Shown one piece after another: positions 1-13,832 of a stretch of 64,000 nucleotides of DNA. The position numbers were made by a program, and so were the translations under genes. Below the pieces are notes generated by a model. The model was given only the letters and a program-made list of their open reading frames with translations, was not told where the DNA came from and did not search any database. Position 1 is the stretch's first letter. Every line of letters begins with the position of its first letter. This stretch comes from Selaginella moellendorffii (Eukaryota > Plantae > Lycopodiophyta), in the NCBI RefSeq assembly GCF_000143415.4, contig NW_003314327.1:795403-859402 (forward strand), written 5' to 3'.

Positions 1-527
1 AAAAAAAAAAACATCACATACCACATGAGTGAGTGACTTTGGCTTGAGGGCAAGCTGTTCCTCTTGGAGTATCGCGTAGTCACTGTAAGTACCTCGCACA
101 GCAGTCGGGTGAAGCGCTCCAAAGACATGCTGGCCTACGTGGAGCCGCTTCACTCCATTGCCGATGGCCACAATCTCTCCACTCACATCTCTTCCCAGAA
201 CGATTGGAAGAAGAGGCTGGAAAAGAGACCTCCCGTATCCTTCTCTCATCTGTGACAAACAAACAGTAATTAGATGTGATAGAATTTCACAAATTTCTGG
301 TGGAGATTGCTACGCGCTCGATCGTTTCTTACCTTGATATCCAGAGGATTCACGCCGGCGGCGACCGTGCGGACAAGCACTTCCTCGGCCTCCAAATGCG
401 GCACGGGCACATCCTTGCGCAGCTCCAAGACCTCGGGGCCGCCGAATCGCGGCAGCACGACCGCCCGGCATGTCGAGATGCTCCTGCTGTGGCCACGGCA
501 GTAGGGCGAAGCGAGCCAGCGCCTCAT
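1..527 (-). CDS. Zn-binding dehydrogenase/quinone oxidoreductase, RTN4IP1-like (probably mitochondrial); first two exons only, gene runs off the window
   Basis: Exon 1 527-333 MRRWLASPYCRGHSRSISTCRAVVLPRFGGPEVLEL...VNPLDIK; exon 2 from 249 MREGYGRSLFQPLLPIVLGRDVSGEIVAIG...GTYSDYAIL; GT-AG intron; MDR-family N-terminal motifs. Confidence 0.85.
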
Positions 528-666
528 GAATCGATCGCGAGGAAGAAATTTAGGGTTTATGGCACTGAGCAAACAGAGCTAAAAACCCCGTGTCGGGTTT
601 AGGGTTGAGGAGAAGAAAGCGGAGAGAGCGAGATAGGGGGGAAAAAAGAGAGAGCGCGCCGACGAT

Positions 667-693
667 GATGGCGATGGCGATGGCGATGGCGAT
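667..693 (+). repeat. (GATGGC)4 hexamer microsatellite between divergent RTN4IP1-like and RAPTOR genes
   Basis: gatggcgatggcgatggcgatggcgat read directly. Confidence 0.9.
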
Positions 694-1016
694 TGGCAAT
701 GGCAGCAGCGGCATCGGCCAGGTTTTGCAGACAAGCGCTCCCCAGCTTGTGTGATAATGCTGCCAATGGTTTCAGATGGGAGCGTGTGGGCGGCGCTGCC
801 CTCCTCCTCTTCCTCGTCCCTGGCCGTCGCTGCGATACTCTCGGCAATCTTCTCGCATCGCTACTTCACCATGCTATGCTCAACCCTTGGGATAGGAGTC
901 GTATCGTCGTCCGTGACTTAGAACAGGGAAGAGATTCCGACGCGCGTGGCGCTTGTACAGAGAAGGGGAAGGAAACGAATTTGTTGGATGGGATCAGTGC
1001 TGGAGGAGAATGTCCG

Positions 1017-4000
1017 ATGATGGAGATCGCTACTCCCGATGATACAGAACCGGGCCAAAATGCGGGGCCGTCGCCCCCAGGTGAAGAAGACCAGCATGGC
1101 GACGAAGCTTGCGGTGTCTTCGCCCAGCACTGTACTTATCTCGCGGATCTTCGCCATCACTCGCTTCAAGCTTTGATCTCTTTCGGCCCTCCCGACACCG
1201 GGCTCTTGTCAAAATGGAGGATGAAAGACCGGGTACGCTGCTTCGGTTAAGAAAAAAGCTTAATCGGTTTGTATCCTTTCCGTCTCTTGCGTTTCAGATG
1301 AAGACTGTATCTGTAGCACTGGTCGTATGTCTGAATATCGGAGTGGATCCACCTGATATAATCAAGGTATCACCATGCGCAAGGATGGAGTGCTGGATAG
1401 GTATTTTCTTTCTTCTTTTTCCTTGATGTTTTTGCTGTTCCTTGTGTTTGATGGCTGTTTCTGTTGATAGATCCGTCATCTCTGGCGCCTCAGAAGGCTC
1501 TTGATACAATTGGCAAAAATCTGCAATCGCAGTATGCGCTCTGGCAGCCGAGGGTATGGCTATGCATGTTTTGCATTGAAGGGCTAAGTTCCAATGCTTC
1601 CATGCAGGCCCGCTACAAGCTAGCGCTGGATCCTACAGCCGACGAGGTGAAGAAGCTGTGCTCACAGTGCCGGAAAAATGCGAAGTCGGACAGGGTCTTG
1701 TTTCACTACAACGGGCATGGTGTGCCTAAACCCACTGTCAATGGCGAGCTCTGGTTTTTCAACAAGGTAGGCGTGGCGTAGCTGTTGCTCCTGGCTGGTT
1801 GATGGATGAAGCTCTTCTGTCACAGAGCTATACGCAATATATACCGCTCTCGGTTTATGAGCTGGAGTCTTGGCTTGGCGTACCGTCTATCTACGTTCTT
1901 GATTGCTCGGGCGCTGGTGTCGTTGTCAATGCATTTATCGAGGTAGAAAGGTTTGTCTTGACTGAATTGTTTTTCCGTGACATTTCTGTATGTATAGAGA
2001 CCCGATTGGGCACTTGGGAGTTCATCAGTTTCGGCAAAAGACTGCATATTGCTTGCAGCCTGTAGAGCAACTGAAATGCTTCCGCAGAGTTCGGGAATGC
2101 CTGCCGACGTGTTCACAGCATGTTTAACGACTCCAATCAAAATGGCGTTGAGATGGTATTGCCTATGATTTCAGTTGGATTGCTTATACGTCTTCCATGC
2201 AGGTTTTGTTCGCGGTCTTTACTTGAGTTCGATCCTGAGCTGATTGACAAGATCCCTGGAAGTCAGAACGATCGGAAGACCCTCCTTGGAGAACTAAATT
2301 GGATCTTTACGGCAATCACCGATACCATAGCATGGAATGTGCTTCCTCCAGGTGCAAATCTCACTCTATATGTTTTGTTGTGTGTACTGATTTAGAATGT
2401 ATGCAGACCTGTTTCAACGATTGTTTCGACAGGACCTTTTGGTGGCTAGCCTCTTCCGAAACTTTTTACTGGCAGAACGGATTATGCGATCCGTGAATTG
2501 CTCTCCTGCTTGTTACCCATGCTTGCCTTTGACACATCAGCACTCAATGTGGTAAGCAAGCATACTGAATCTTGTGGACTTGAACGCTGACGTTTCTTAA
2601 CAAGGTTTGCATGGGATATGGCTGCGGAAACCTGTCTTTCGCAACTTCCGTCGTTAGTGAAAGATCCAAATGCTGAATTTCAGGTATTGAGCATTATCCT
2701 TGTGAAAAAAGCTGAAAACGTGTCCTGCGCAGCCGAGTCCATTTTTTACGGATCAGTTGACAGCGTTCGAAGTATGGCTTGAGCACGGATCAGCGAGTAA
2801 AAGACCACCAGAGCAGCTTCCAATAGTTCTTCAGGCAATTGTCCATGTTGCTTGTCCTAAGCCTTTTTGTGTTTTCAACAGGTTCTTTTAAGTCAATCTC
2901 ATCGTTTTCGGGCTTTGGTACTTTTAGGAAGGTTCTTGGATATGGGGGCATGGGCTGTGAACCTGGTATGTATATGTTTAATTTCTTTTGTTTGTGTATG
3001 AATCCCTTGATTAATTTTATTTTCGTTTTCAGGCTCTTTCGGTTGGCATTTTCCCTTACGTGCTTAAGCTGCTTCTGACAACCGCCACTGAACTCCGGCA
3101 AATTTTACTATTTATTTGGGCCAAAATTCTTGCCCATGACAAGGTAATGGCATTACTGAGCAGTAGATTGCATCCTGCTTCTTGAACTGTTTTGCAGTCC
3201 TGTCAAGTTGATCTGGTTAAAGATGGTGGGCACAAATATTTTATCAGATTCCTGGACAGTCCAGACGTGTACGCTGAACAACAGGCAATGGCAGCTTTCG
3301 TTTTATCAGTTATTATCGATGGACTTCCTCGGGGCCAAATTGAATGCTTTCAATCTGGATTGATCGACATTTGCTTGAGACATATCGTTCCTGCACGTGG
3401 AGAACCGTTGCTCATGCAGTGGTTGTGCTTGTGTGTTGGTAAGATCTGGGATGGTTTCGCCAAAGCACAGCTGCTAGCTCTTCATACAAATGCGTCTTCC
3501 ACGCTAGCACAACTCCTGTCCGAGCCTCAACCAGAGGTATACATTGGAAAACCTGACTTTGTCTGACTTTATAATTTTCACAGGTTCGTGCCGCAGCAGC
3601 TTATGCTCTGGGAACGATAATAAAGGCTAAGAGCGTTAACGAAGAGGATTCGGCCCTTGATGACGACGACGAAGAGGCTAGGCTTAGAATGGAACAGGAT
3701 GTTATGAAGACATTGTTGAAAGTAGTAAACGACGGGAGTCCTCTCGTTCGGGCTGAACTTGCCATTGGTAAGCATTTTCTATCTCTTTTTCTCACTAACA
3801 TTGCAATTTGTATTTCAGCGTTGGCCAGATTAACTGTCAGACATGACCAGAATCTGCGATTTGCTGCCGCAGCGTACTTAAAGCCTCCGTCGAACCCCGG
3901 AATCATGGCTTTGGCAGGATTGAATTCCAACAGAACTCCGACGAGCAGTGTAAATATTTCCGGTCAGTTTTTCTTCTCTGGAAATGCTCGTGGTGCCGCT

Positions 4001-6044
4001 TCGGCTCCTGCTTCACCGGAAGGCTTCAACTTCGTCGAGAATGAACTTATCAATGGGTTGATGCGGCCAAGAAGACTGCAAATGGAAGAGAGTGGCGTTT
4101 ACGTTCGGTGCGTGGCAGCTGCTTATTCCCTGGTAAGGGATCCTTGCCCGTGGGTTGCTAAACTCGGCCACGAAGTTTTGAGGAGAATAGGTGTCGAAGC
4201 GTACGTCCTGCAGACAGGCAAAACTCTCAAGTCCGGAGCCAAACAAGCCACCAGTGCTTTTCCACGTTCTTCTTCCTGGTTTGACAGCAATATAGGTGAG
4301 CAGGGTCACATGTTGTTACTCTTTACTGAGTCTTCGCCGATTTTTCAGGAAGTTTAACAATGCCATTCAGAGGTGCTTCCAGTTCTGCTAGTCCTCCGTC
4401 TAATTTGCTTTCGGGAAGTCCAATGAACATGAGACGCGTACCTTCTCTCGAGTTTCCTTCGGAAAGTGATTCCGGACTTGGTTCATCTCAAGTTCCCGCT
4501 TCGGACGATTTGAAAGAACTTCCAGAGTCTGTTTTATACAGGTGGAGCTGCGGGCATTTTGCTCGGCCTTTACTCGAGACTTCCCACGACGAGGAAGAAA
4601 CGGCATTAATTGCCAGAGAAGCAAGGGAAAGGACTGCTTTAGAAGGAGCATCCAAATGCCGACATTCGAGTGAGTTTGAAACAGATTTCATCAGTTTTAA
4701 TTTGGTTTCTGCAGCTGTCAATGTAGTGACGTACCAAATGGCAACATGGGATATGAATTCTGAGTACGGGACCAAGGCTGTTCTCCTACATCCGTTTCTT
4801 CCGCTTGCTTGTACCGCAGATGACAATGAAACTATCAGGTGAGCATTTGTTGGAATTCTGAACTGGCATTTATTTTATGAAAGCAGAATTTGGAGTCACG
4901 AAGATGGATCTTTACTAAACGACTTTCACAATCACGAGTCGCATAGTAAGGGTTTTTCTCGGCTTTGCTTAATCAACGAGCTTGATGAGAGCTTGCTACT
5001 CGCAGCATCAAGTAGGATGAAATCACCGTGATTTTTTCTCGAACTGAATTGTGCAATTCTCAGGCGACGGAAGCGTTCGAGTATGGAGAGACTACCTTGT
5101 GAAAGGTGAACAGCAGCTTGCAACTGCTTGGCAGGCCATACAGGGTCACAGGCCTGGCGCTCGAGGAATTAACGCAGTTGTGGAATGGCAGCAATCGACT
5201 GGATATCTGGTATGCACTGCGTCCTTTAAATAGACATTACGATGGTCCTTGCAGTACGCGTCTGGAGATATTTCGTCGATCATGATATGGGACGTTGATG
5301 CCGAAACACTCGTGTTAAGGCTGCCTTCTCAACCCGATACAAGTGTTTCTGCGATGGTAAGGCCGTGTCACTAACTTCTTGGCTTAGTTTTTAAGAAGTT
5401 CGTGTTCTAGGCTGCCTCGCTGATCCATAATGGCCTTTTTCTGGCGGGTTGTGGAAACGGGTCTTTCATGATGTTTGATGTTCGGAAGCAAGACAAGTAA
5501 GCTGTTTTTGGATTATTCCGATTGTGAGTTAACTGTGTCTTGACAGGCAAGTGTTCTCCCAGAAGGCGCATTTCCAGAGAGTCGCGGGCATAGATTTTGT
5601 CCAGTCAGGAATAGACACAACCGAGGTCTGGATAATCTGTCGCTCACACTCCTCAAGAATCCGTGACACGGATATCCTTTGCAGGTGGTGTCTGCATCTC
5701 AAGCTGGGGACATAAAAATATACGACGTCCGCAAGCTGGACCTCCCCGTCGTGAGTGTTGAGGCTCACAAGGGGCACTTGACGTCGCTGGCAGCGCACCG
5801 CTACGCGCCAGTCCTTGCCAGCGGCTCCTCCAAGCAGTCCATCAAAGTTTTCAGCGCGACCAGTGGCGACCAACTTAGCATGATACGCTACCACCAGAGC
5901 ATCTTTGGGAAGAGTATCGGCCCCGTGAGCTGCTTGTCGTTTCACCCGTACAGCGTTCTCCTAGCTGCTGGTGCTTCCACAGACTCCATCGTTTCCATTT
6001 ACGCCGAGGACGGTGCTGCCGCTAGTAACTCGTCCACTTCTTGA
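1017..6044 (+). CDS. RAPTOR: Regulatory-associated protein of TOR (RAPTOR), multi-exon; start codon uncertain (in-frame ATGs further upstream, e.g. 699)
   Basis: RNC motifs KWRMKDR|[84 protein letters not shown]; HEAT region; C-terminal WD40 ending [19 protein letters not shown]; stop at 6042-6044. Confidence 0.96.
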
Positions 6045-6953
6045 GGCCAGGCAGGGAGGAAAAGAGCGGCAAATGGCGCTCCTTTCTTTGTACAGAGTCT
6101 CTGCTCGCGCGGCCGCTCGCTCCTGCCGCTCCGAGCGTGACTTGTATTATAATTGCGAAGGTATACCAGCTGCTCATTTGATACCTGCTGTTGGTTTTTT
6201 CTTTAAATCCTTGACTTACTGAGAGTTTGATTCCACAATAAAACAGGTTTACTACTACTATATGCTCTACTTCTACTCGCTCGCTCTACCTCGGTGGCTG
6301 CGGTCTTTAAATAGTCTAAAGTTGACCCAGGCATTTAATACCAGCACCAGCAAACTAGGCTCTTCTTCTGGGAAACTTTGGGAAAGATAAGAAGACCATC
6401 TCTCTCTTTCTCTCATCTTAATCTTCAGCGGTCACGAACGACGACGGGACCGAGTCCAGCTCTTGGTCACTTGCTGCTGCTACAAGTATAATGTGACTAC
6501 GAGGAGACTGTGACTTAAGATTTTGCTCCGGTCAACAGCAAGGTGCAGCATGGGTAGTGCATGACCAGCCAAGGTTGGTGACTGAGAGGAGCATAAGACA
6601 AAGACTTAGCCGGGGGTGTTTTGTCATCTCTCTCCTTCCAGAGATGGTATAAATATGCTCCTTCTATCGAGCTGGCCTGGGGGCACAACGAGCAGAGAAG
6701 AAGATATCTGATCTTGTGAAGCAAAGTTTTGACAGGGACTTTTTGAAAAGCTCTATGCTGCTCGTGAAGTGATCGGTATCAAGAAGATCTTGTCTCGTGG
6801 AAGAAGAAGAAGCCACCTCTCTGAAGAGAAGGGACTCTTTTAAGTTCCCGGCCATTCGAGGAAGAAGAAGGCGGGATGGTAATCTCCAGCAACAGAAATC
6901 AGCAGTGAGAGAACTTCGACTTCAGAGTCAGTCTTGTCAAGGGGAACCGAGAA

Positions 6954-9621
6954 ATGGAGCGAGCTGGTTCCGACGGGGCGATTTTCGCGAGCAAGTTTAG
7001 TACCGTTCCTGCTGCTGGTGATGGAATTGGAAGGGCGTCAACCGCCAACAGCAATGGTGTTGGTGCTAGCCCCCTTACGAGAACAGTGTGGAGGGCGCTC
7101 ACAAAGCAATCCAATGTCCAAGACTTCGTTGCAAAACTTACATGGAGGGATTTGAGCGTCAACGTGTTGACGGACAAGGGAGCTTGCCGCACTGTTCTGG
7201 ATAGTCTCACAGGCTTTGCGGAGCCCGGATCGCTGACCGTAGTCATGGGTCCTTCCGGATGCGGCAAATCAACTCTGCTGGATGCTTTAGCTGGTGAGTG
7301 GAAACTTGTTTTGAATTCGATCTCTGTGTCTCACAAAAAAGCTTTTGTTTCGTTCTTTCTCAGGACGACTGGCCAAGAACGCTATTCAAACGGGAGACAT
7401 TCTTCTCAACGGGCACAAAAGGAAGCTGTCATACGGGATTGCTGTGAGTTTTTTATTGTTTCTAAAGTTTTCTCTTCAATGTGCTAGATTTCTGCTGACA
7501 AACAGGCATACGTTACTCAAGATGACACGCTCATTTCTACACTCACCGTGCGAGAGACAATCTTCTACACATCCAGGCTCCGCCTTCCAGACGCAATGCC
7601 AAATTCGGAGAAGCAAGCAATTGTTGAGAGGGTGATAATAGAGATGGGACTACAAGACTGTGCGAACACACCGGTTGGAAACTGGCATTTAAGAGGACTG
7701 AGTGGTGGCGAGAAGAGGAGGCTGAGTATAGCAGTGGAAATACTCACTCGTCCCAGGCTACTCTTTCTAGACGAGCCGACCAGTGGCCTGGACAGTGCTT
7801 CAGCTTTCTTCGTAACAAGGACCCTTCGAAGGCTTGCTAGGGACAAGAGGACCGTGATTTGTTCCGTACATCAGCCCAGCAGCGAAGTTTTCCAGCTTTT
7901 TGACAATCTTCTTTTGTTATCAAACGGAAGAACTGTCTACTTTGGTCCGGCTATCAATGCACAGCAAGTACGTAGTAGTCTTTCTCATCTTTTTAGTTTT
8001 TTTTTGAATTGGTGCTTCGTGCAGCACTTTGCGAGTGTTGGATTTCCTTGCCCCCCGATGCGCAATCCTTCGGACCATTTTCTTAAAGCCATCAACGCGG
8101 ATTTCGACAGAGTAAACGAATCGTTGAAGGAGTCCTGCCTCCCACACGAGGTAAGCATGCCTCCATGTCACATTCTCAACCAAATCCTTTCAAAATATTA
8201 CCCACTCGTGAGTTGTTAACTTTGCCTTTTTCCCGTTCCAGGATGAGGAATCTGCCGATGTGTTTGAAACAACCACCACAGCCGAAGTGATCTCCGCTCT
8301 TCTCACAGCCTACGAATCCTCCGAGCAAGCCCAGTCTGTAATGGAACGGGTGGAAATAATGACCTTAGTGGTAAGTGAGTGGCTCACTTATTCCCTGGTA
8401 TACTCGACTAACAGTTTTATTTTGTTTTATATCGATTGATAGAAAGGAGATTTTCTGGAGTCCAGTGGAAGCCAAGCGAGTTTCTGGATGCAGTGTGCTA
8501 CTCTCACACGAAGGTCTTTCACCAACATGTCCAGGGACATGGGATATTATTGGCTTCGAGTTCTTGTCTACATACTACTGGCGATCTGCGTTGGAACCAT
8601 CTTCTACCGGGTTGGAACAAGCTACGACTCTATATTCGTGAGTAAAAAACACACAGTTTGTTTCCTTTTTCTAACGGGGATGGAACAACTTTTGCAGGCT
8701 AGAGGCTCGTGTATGGGCTACCTGTGGGGATTCTTGACGTTCATGGCAATCGGAGGCTTCCCATCTTTCGTAGAAGACATGAAGGTCTGTAAAGTTTTAG
8801 CTCTTACAGAGTCTCATACTTTTTGGTTGCTCCAGGTGTTCCATCGAGAAAGATTGAATGGCCACTATGGAGTCGTCGCTTTCGTTGTTGGAAACACCCT
8901 GTCTTCTATCCCGTTCCTGCTCCTCATGTCGCTAACTTCCGGCGCCATCACTTACTACCTCGTTCAACTCCATCCGGGCTTCACTCACTTCCTCTATTTT
9001 GTTCTGGGCTTAGCGACGTGTGTGACGCTAGTGGAGGGGCTGATGATGGCCGTCGCGAGTGTAGTTCCAAATTACCTCATGGGGATCATTGTGGGAGCAG
9101 CAGTCCAGGTCAGTCAAACTTTTGTCCCTGCTCATCTTTTATGCGCTTTTGTCCTTCCAGGCCGTTCTCATGCTAACTGGAGGCTTCTTCCGTCTACTAA
9201 GCGATTTGCCTAAGCCTGTGTGGCGATACCCAATCTCCTACTTAAGTTTCCACAGCTACGTTCTTCAGGTAAGGAGTTCTTTCCATTTTCCAGGCCCGGT
9301 TTCTAAAGTTTCTACTCGTTCTTCCAGGGAATGTATCAGAACGATTTCCTTGGCATCCAATTCGATAGCAAGTACCCGTTCCTCCCCAAGATCAATGGCC
9401 GAGACATCCTCATCAACAACGACGTGGATATGAGCCGGACAAAGTGGGACAACCTGGGCGTGCTGGTAGCCATGGTCGTGGGATACAGGCTCCTTTTTTT
9501 CGTGATGATCAAGCTCAGCGAGGACGTAGTTCCACACCTCCGAGCCTTGCGCGCCAAGCACAACGCGAAGAAGGCCACTGCTATAAACAGCCAGCCGGAT
9601 CCATCCTTCTCGCATGCGTGA
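6954..9621 (+). CDS. ABC transporter G family half-transporter (WBC type, ABCG11/12/15-like), multi-exon
   Basis: Walker [10 protein letters not shown], signature LSGGEKRR, Walker [28 protein letters not shown]; NBD followed by TMD ([27 protein letters not shown]). Confidence 0.95.
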
Positions 9622-10329
9622 AAAAAGCTTTTGTTTCATTGACCAATCTTCTCAAGGGAAAAAATTATTTGGAGGACGATACAAGTGATACATAATTCGT
9701 GTGCGTAACAATAAAAAATAAAAAGGCTTAAAACAATGGAAATTCAAATGACTTGCTTAATCGTGAGATCCCAGTTCCACAATATGCCCCAATTGGATTA
9801 ATCTTTGCTTGAAGCATCTTTGCCAATTATTGTTTTTGCATACTTTTGCATCTAAGTGCTGGTAGCCATTAATATTGAGGGGTTATTGGAAAGTAGAAGC
9901 TAAAGTACAAGTTTTAATTTGTCACTTTTCTTGACCCATTATTCATTTATTCATATGGTCTCATGCTTCATAGAGATCCTGTCTCCAAGACCCATCTTGT
10001 GGTGGTGGTAGCAAAAACAGAGCCTACAACCACTGGCTCCCCTCGCTCGCCTGGACCTGGAAAGATTTAGAAATGCTGTTTTTGCAATTGTCCCACCGAT
10101 GTTGTCCATCTTGATCTTCCATGCTCCATCCTGGTATGAAAATCTTTGCACTCTTATTGAACACCTTCCTTTTCCTTTCTCCCTACTATTCTTATTGACT
10201 AGGCTAAAAGTATCTTAGACCTTTATTACCAACGAATAAAGACTATCCTAAAATATTTACAGGTTTTTTTAAGAAAATAAAAGTACTATGACTTAGAGTG
10301 CCAAGCAAAACAAAGCTATTCGGAAGAAG

Positions 10330-10955
10330 GTGGCGTAGCTGGATGCTTGTGAGACAAATCCTTGGCAGACTCCCACTTTTGAGGAAAGAGGCGGTGGACG
10401 AGCCTAGGTTCCGGCGGTGCCTCCGCTTGACGACGTTCCCGACTGTTTATGCGCCGTAACTGGTCACAGGCTGGACGATGAGAATTCCTCCAAGGGCCGT
10501 CCTATTGGAGCAGCATCATGGTGATGGTGATATCCACACCTTCACTCGTGGCCAAGCGGAATGGTGTCGCTTCAGTGGAGGGTTGGCCTGTGAACCATGG
10601 CCCGTGCTCATAGAAAACAAGTTGGCTTCTTTGTCTTCCTTCCATACCCACTTGATCCAGTTTGATGTCGCAACCAACAGTTTGCATATACAAATCTACG
10701 TCTCAATGTCAAGGCCGGTGAGGCCGTCTGCCTTGCTAGTTGGAGGGGAAGCCTCTCAACGTGGAACTCAAGTGTAAGTTTGTAATTGAGGAGATTTCTG
10801 TGGAAACTGGTGAGATGGTAGTGCATATGACCACTTATTCAGTACCTCCTAGACCGGATTTATGTCTCTCCTTCCGTGGTCATGCTGGTAACTATTTGAA
10901 TTCTGAAGGACGTGGAAGTATCCTAGGTTCAATAAGTCATTCTGGTATGATCTAG
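10330..10955 (+). pseudogene. Degenerate F-box / F-box-associated gene remnant
   Basis: One frame gives WMLVRQILGRLPL (F-box-like IL.RLP), then an in-frame stop, then PVLIENKLASL...LIQFDVATNSL; shifts frame into EGKPLNVELKCKFVIEEISVETGE. Confidence 0.45.
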
Positions 10956-11534
10956 ATGCAGGTACTTGGACTGAAACAAATACAAGCCTTCCTTGGATGT
11001 GTACTGATATAAAATACCAAATATAATTTCTATGTCAACCACGTAAAAGGTTTGTAATCATTAATTTTGCTGCATATTAAAGAAAAAATCGGTCAACTTG
11101 CGCGAGGTCGAGATCTTGGCCAACAATCCCTTCAAGAAAGGTAGTCTAGTCCCTCGAGCTCGTTGATATATTTTTGCGTTATCTGTTTTGACGTTGTTCG
11201 TCATCCAATGGGTTCCCGAAGCTGCACCAGGAACAAAACACGAAGTGAGGCTTTCTGGCAAGCTTTTCAAAAGCAAGTGGAGAAATATTTCTTTCACACC
11301 TTGTGTAGGTGCAGGATCCCCTCGAGGATTCTAAGGAGGTGATCATTGACGCGGTTCCTCTCCACTGCTGGGATTGCTGTCAGTTCGAGTGCAAAGGTAC
11401 TTGCGGTTTGGTTGTCTTTCCTTTGAGACAATGCGCAGGCGACAAGCTTGTTTTCAACTGGATTAGCTCCTCCTGGAAAACTTTGTAAATCTTATCCGAC
11501 TAAAACGAGTAATGTGTACCTTAGAGTTCCATTT

Positions 11535-13768
11535 TTAATCTTCCAGAAAATCAGTTGGTAGCAATGGAAGCTTGGAAACGCTCGTTCCACCTTGAACTCG
11601 GCCCTGAGATGATTCTTCCTTTGTATTGTTAATGCTCGAGGATTGCCGAGAACCTTGCTGTAGAAGTGGCAGGATTCTCAGCCGTACTTTGGGCTCAATG
11701 CCTGAAGTTTCCGATGCGAGCTGGTAGCTCTCGGCTAGACGTATCTGGAGTGCTGTGATTCCTGCGGACCTTGGAAGTAGCTCCACCGCTTGGCCTTTAG
11801 CAATGACAATTTGCTCAATTGCAAGCCTCGCTTCCTGTGTAAAATAGCAATCATGATTATTTGTAAACAGCAGTTATTCCAGAATTCGTACCTCTAGAGC
11901 GTCGATCTCATCCTCAACTTTAGATTTCCTGGTTGATGACGAAGTTCCTCTAAGCATTTCCATTTCCAGGACTGCTCTTGTTGCTCGGATCATTTGAGCT
12001 AGAGTGTTTGCCTACGAGATAAAAGCTGAAGTACATAAAAGATGCACATTTTAGTAGAGTTCACCTTGATTGCAAAGACTGGAAGTTGTCGAAACTTTGC
12101 AATGTTTCGCACCCATACATTCTCTCGCAGCTTTGACCGTAGCGTTAACACGGCGTCTGCTGCACCTATGTCAGAAGCAACACCGATTGTTTCTTCCAGT
12201 TCGAGAACCTCAATGGCCTGCTTGAGGAACTCCTCCGAAATCTGGAACAAAACATATAATGTTAAGCGAAAAACGTAATGTTCAGGTGTAGACAAACCTG
12301 GTATGGATACAAGGAAAAGAGTTTGCTCTCACTTCCATTGTCTTGGAGTTTCTTAAAGACATCTTTTTCCTCATTCTCGATTTGATTCAATACCGGCAGT
12401 TCTTCTGGAGCAGTCCCTTCTTTGTCCTTCATGTTTCGAATTTCTATAGAAGGGGATCGTCCTGTATAATAGTATTACGTATTAGCTACCCTGAAGAGAT
12501 TACAAAGATTATATTTACCAGCGAGAAGAGCGTCTATTGTTGCCGTCAAACTGTGATGTATTCTCCACTCAGTTCGAGAAGCCATTTCAATCGCAGTGCT
12601 AAAAGCGGGAGGTCCCTTCCTTTCCAAAACACTCTTTTGGACTCCCCTCCTGCGAGCTTCATCGTCACCCAGCGTCACACTCTATAACAAAACAAGATCC
12701 TCGCGTCATGGGAGCCATGCAATGCCACTTTGACAGTACCTGAATGCCACCAACAAGAATTTCCAGCGAAGGATTCTTTATCAGATTCTCGACGCTGGTT
12801 CCATGAGCAGTAGCAACCAGCTGCACGCCTCGCTGAGCAATTGTCACCGCTGCTGCAGCCTCAAGCTCGGTACCGATCTCGTCAATCACGATCGTCTCCG
12901 GCATATGATTCTCCACAGCCTCAATCATTATCTACGCAAAACCTTCTTGTGCTCTAGAAACAAACAATAATAAAGGAGCCAAGACTCACCTTGTGCTGGA
13001 GACCAACGTTGGTGACTTGCATTCTTCTGGCACGGCCGATTCCCGGGTGTGGGATATCTCCATCGCCAGCAATCTCATTCGAGGTGTCCACAATCACAAC
13101 TCGACGATCGTAATCGTCGGCAAGCATCCGGGCCACCTCCCTGACTAGTGACGAAAGAGAAAGAGGGAAAAATCAAACCATACATGCAAGGAAGAAAGAA
13201 AGAACAAATACCTGATGGCCGTTGTCTTGCCCACGCCAGGAGGTCCCATTAGCAGCAAAGAAGCTCCACTGCTCACGAGATCTCGAGCCATCTCGGCGCT
13301 TCCAGTCACGGCACGCCCCACTCTACAAGTGAGACCAACGATCCGGCCTCCGCGATTGCGAATCGCGCTAATCCGGTGGAGCGTCCGGTCGATTCCAGCG
13401 CGGTTATCATCCACGAAATCCCCGACCTAGAGAAACATTTCAATCAATCACAAGACCTCTTGCTTCTTTGATCGATCGCGTACCATGCAAATCGCGTCCT
13501 CCAGGTCGGCGATTGTCACCGGCTCCTGCGACATGGACCAGTCCCCGCTCGGGAAGCGAGCGATCGGTCGGCGGCCAAGATCGAGAACAATCTCGACAAT
13601 CTCCTCCAGCTGCGGGTGATTCTGGACGCTACGCTCTAATCTCTCGGGAAGAACGCTGAGAAGCTGCTGGAGCTCGCAGCGCCTGGAAAACATAGCATGG
13701 GCATTGGCGGCAATGGCTGCATTGGCACAAGAGACATAGCCCCCAAACGAGAGACACACAGCAGCCAT
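11535..13768 (-). CDS. ycf45/SpoIIIAA-like P-loop NTPase with C-terminal R3H-like region, plastid-targeted (SPD1-like), multi-exon
   Basis: [33 protein letters not shown], Walker [72 protein letters not shown]-terminal [11 protein letters not shown]. Confidence 0.92.
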
Positions 13769-13832
13769 AGCCAAATCCCCTGTTTTTAGGGTTCTTGGCT
13801 AAATTTAGGGCACTAGATGAAAGCGTATCACC

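Noticed and set aside
7968-8836. Several in-frame, stop-free introns in ABCG (also in RAPTOR and TWD40-2)
   Set aside because: With ~50-nt introns this is common by chance; no evidence of excess without a count
9951-10151. Short minus-strand ORF after ABCG
   Set aside because: No ATG context or recognisable motif
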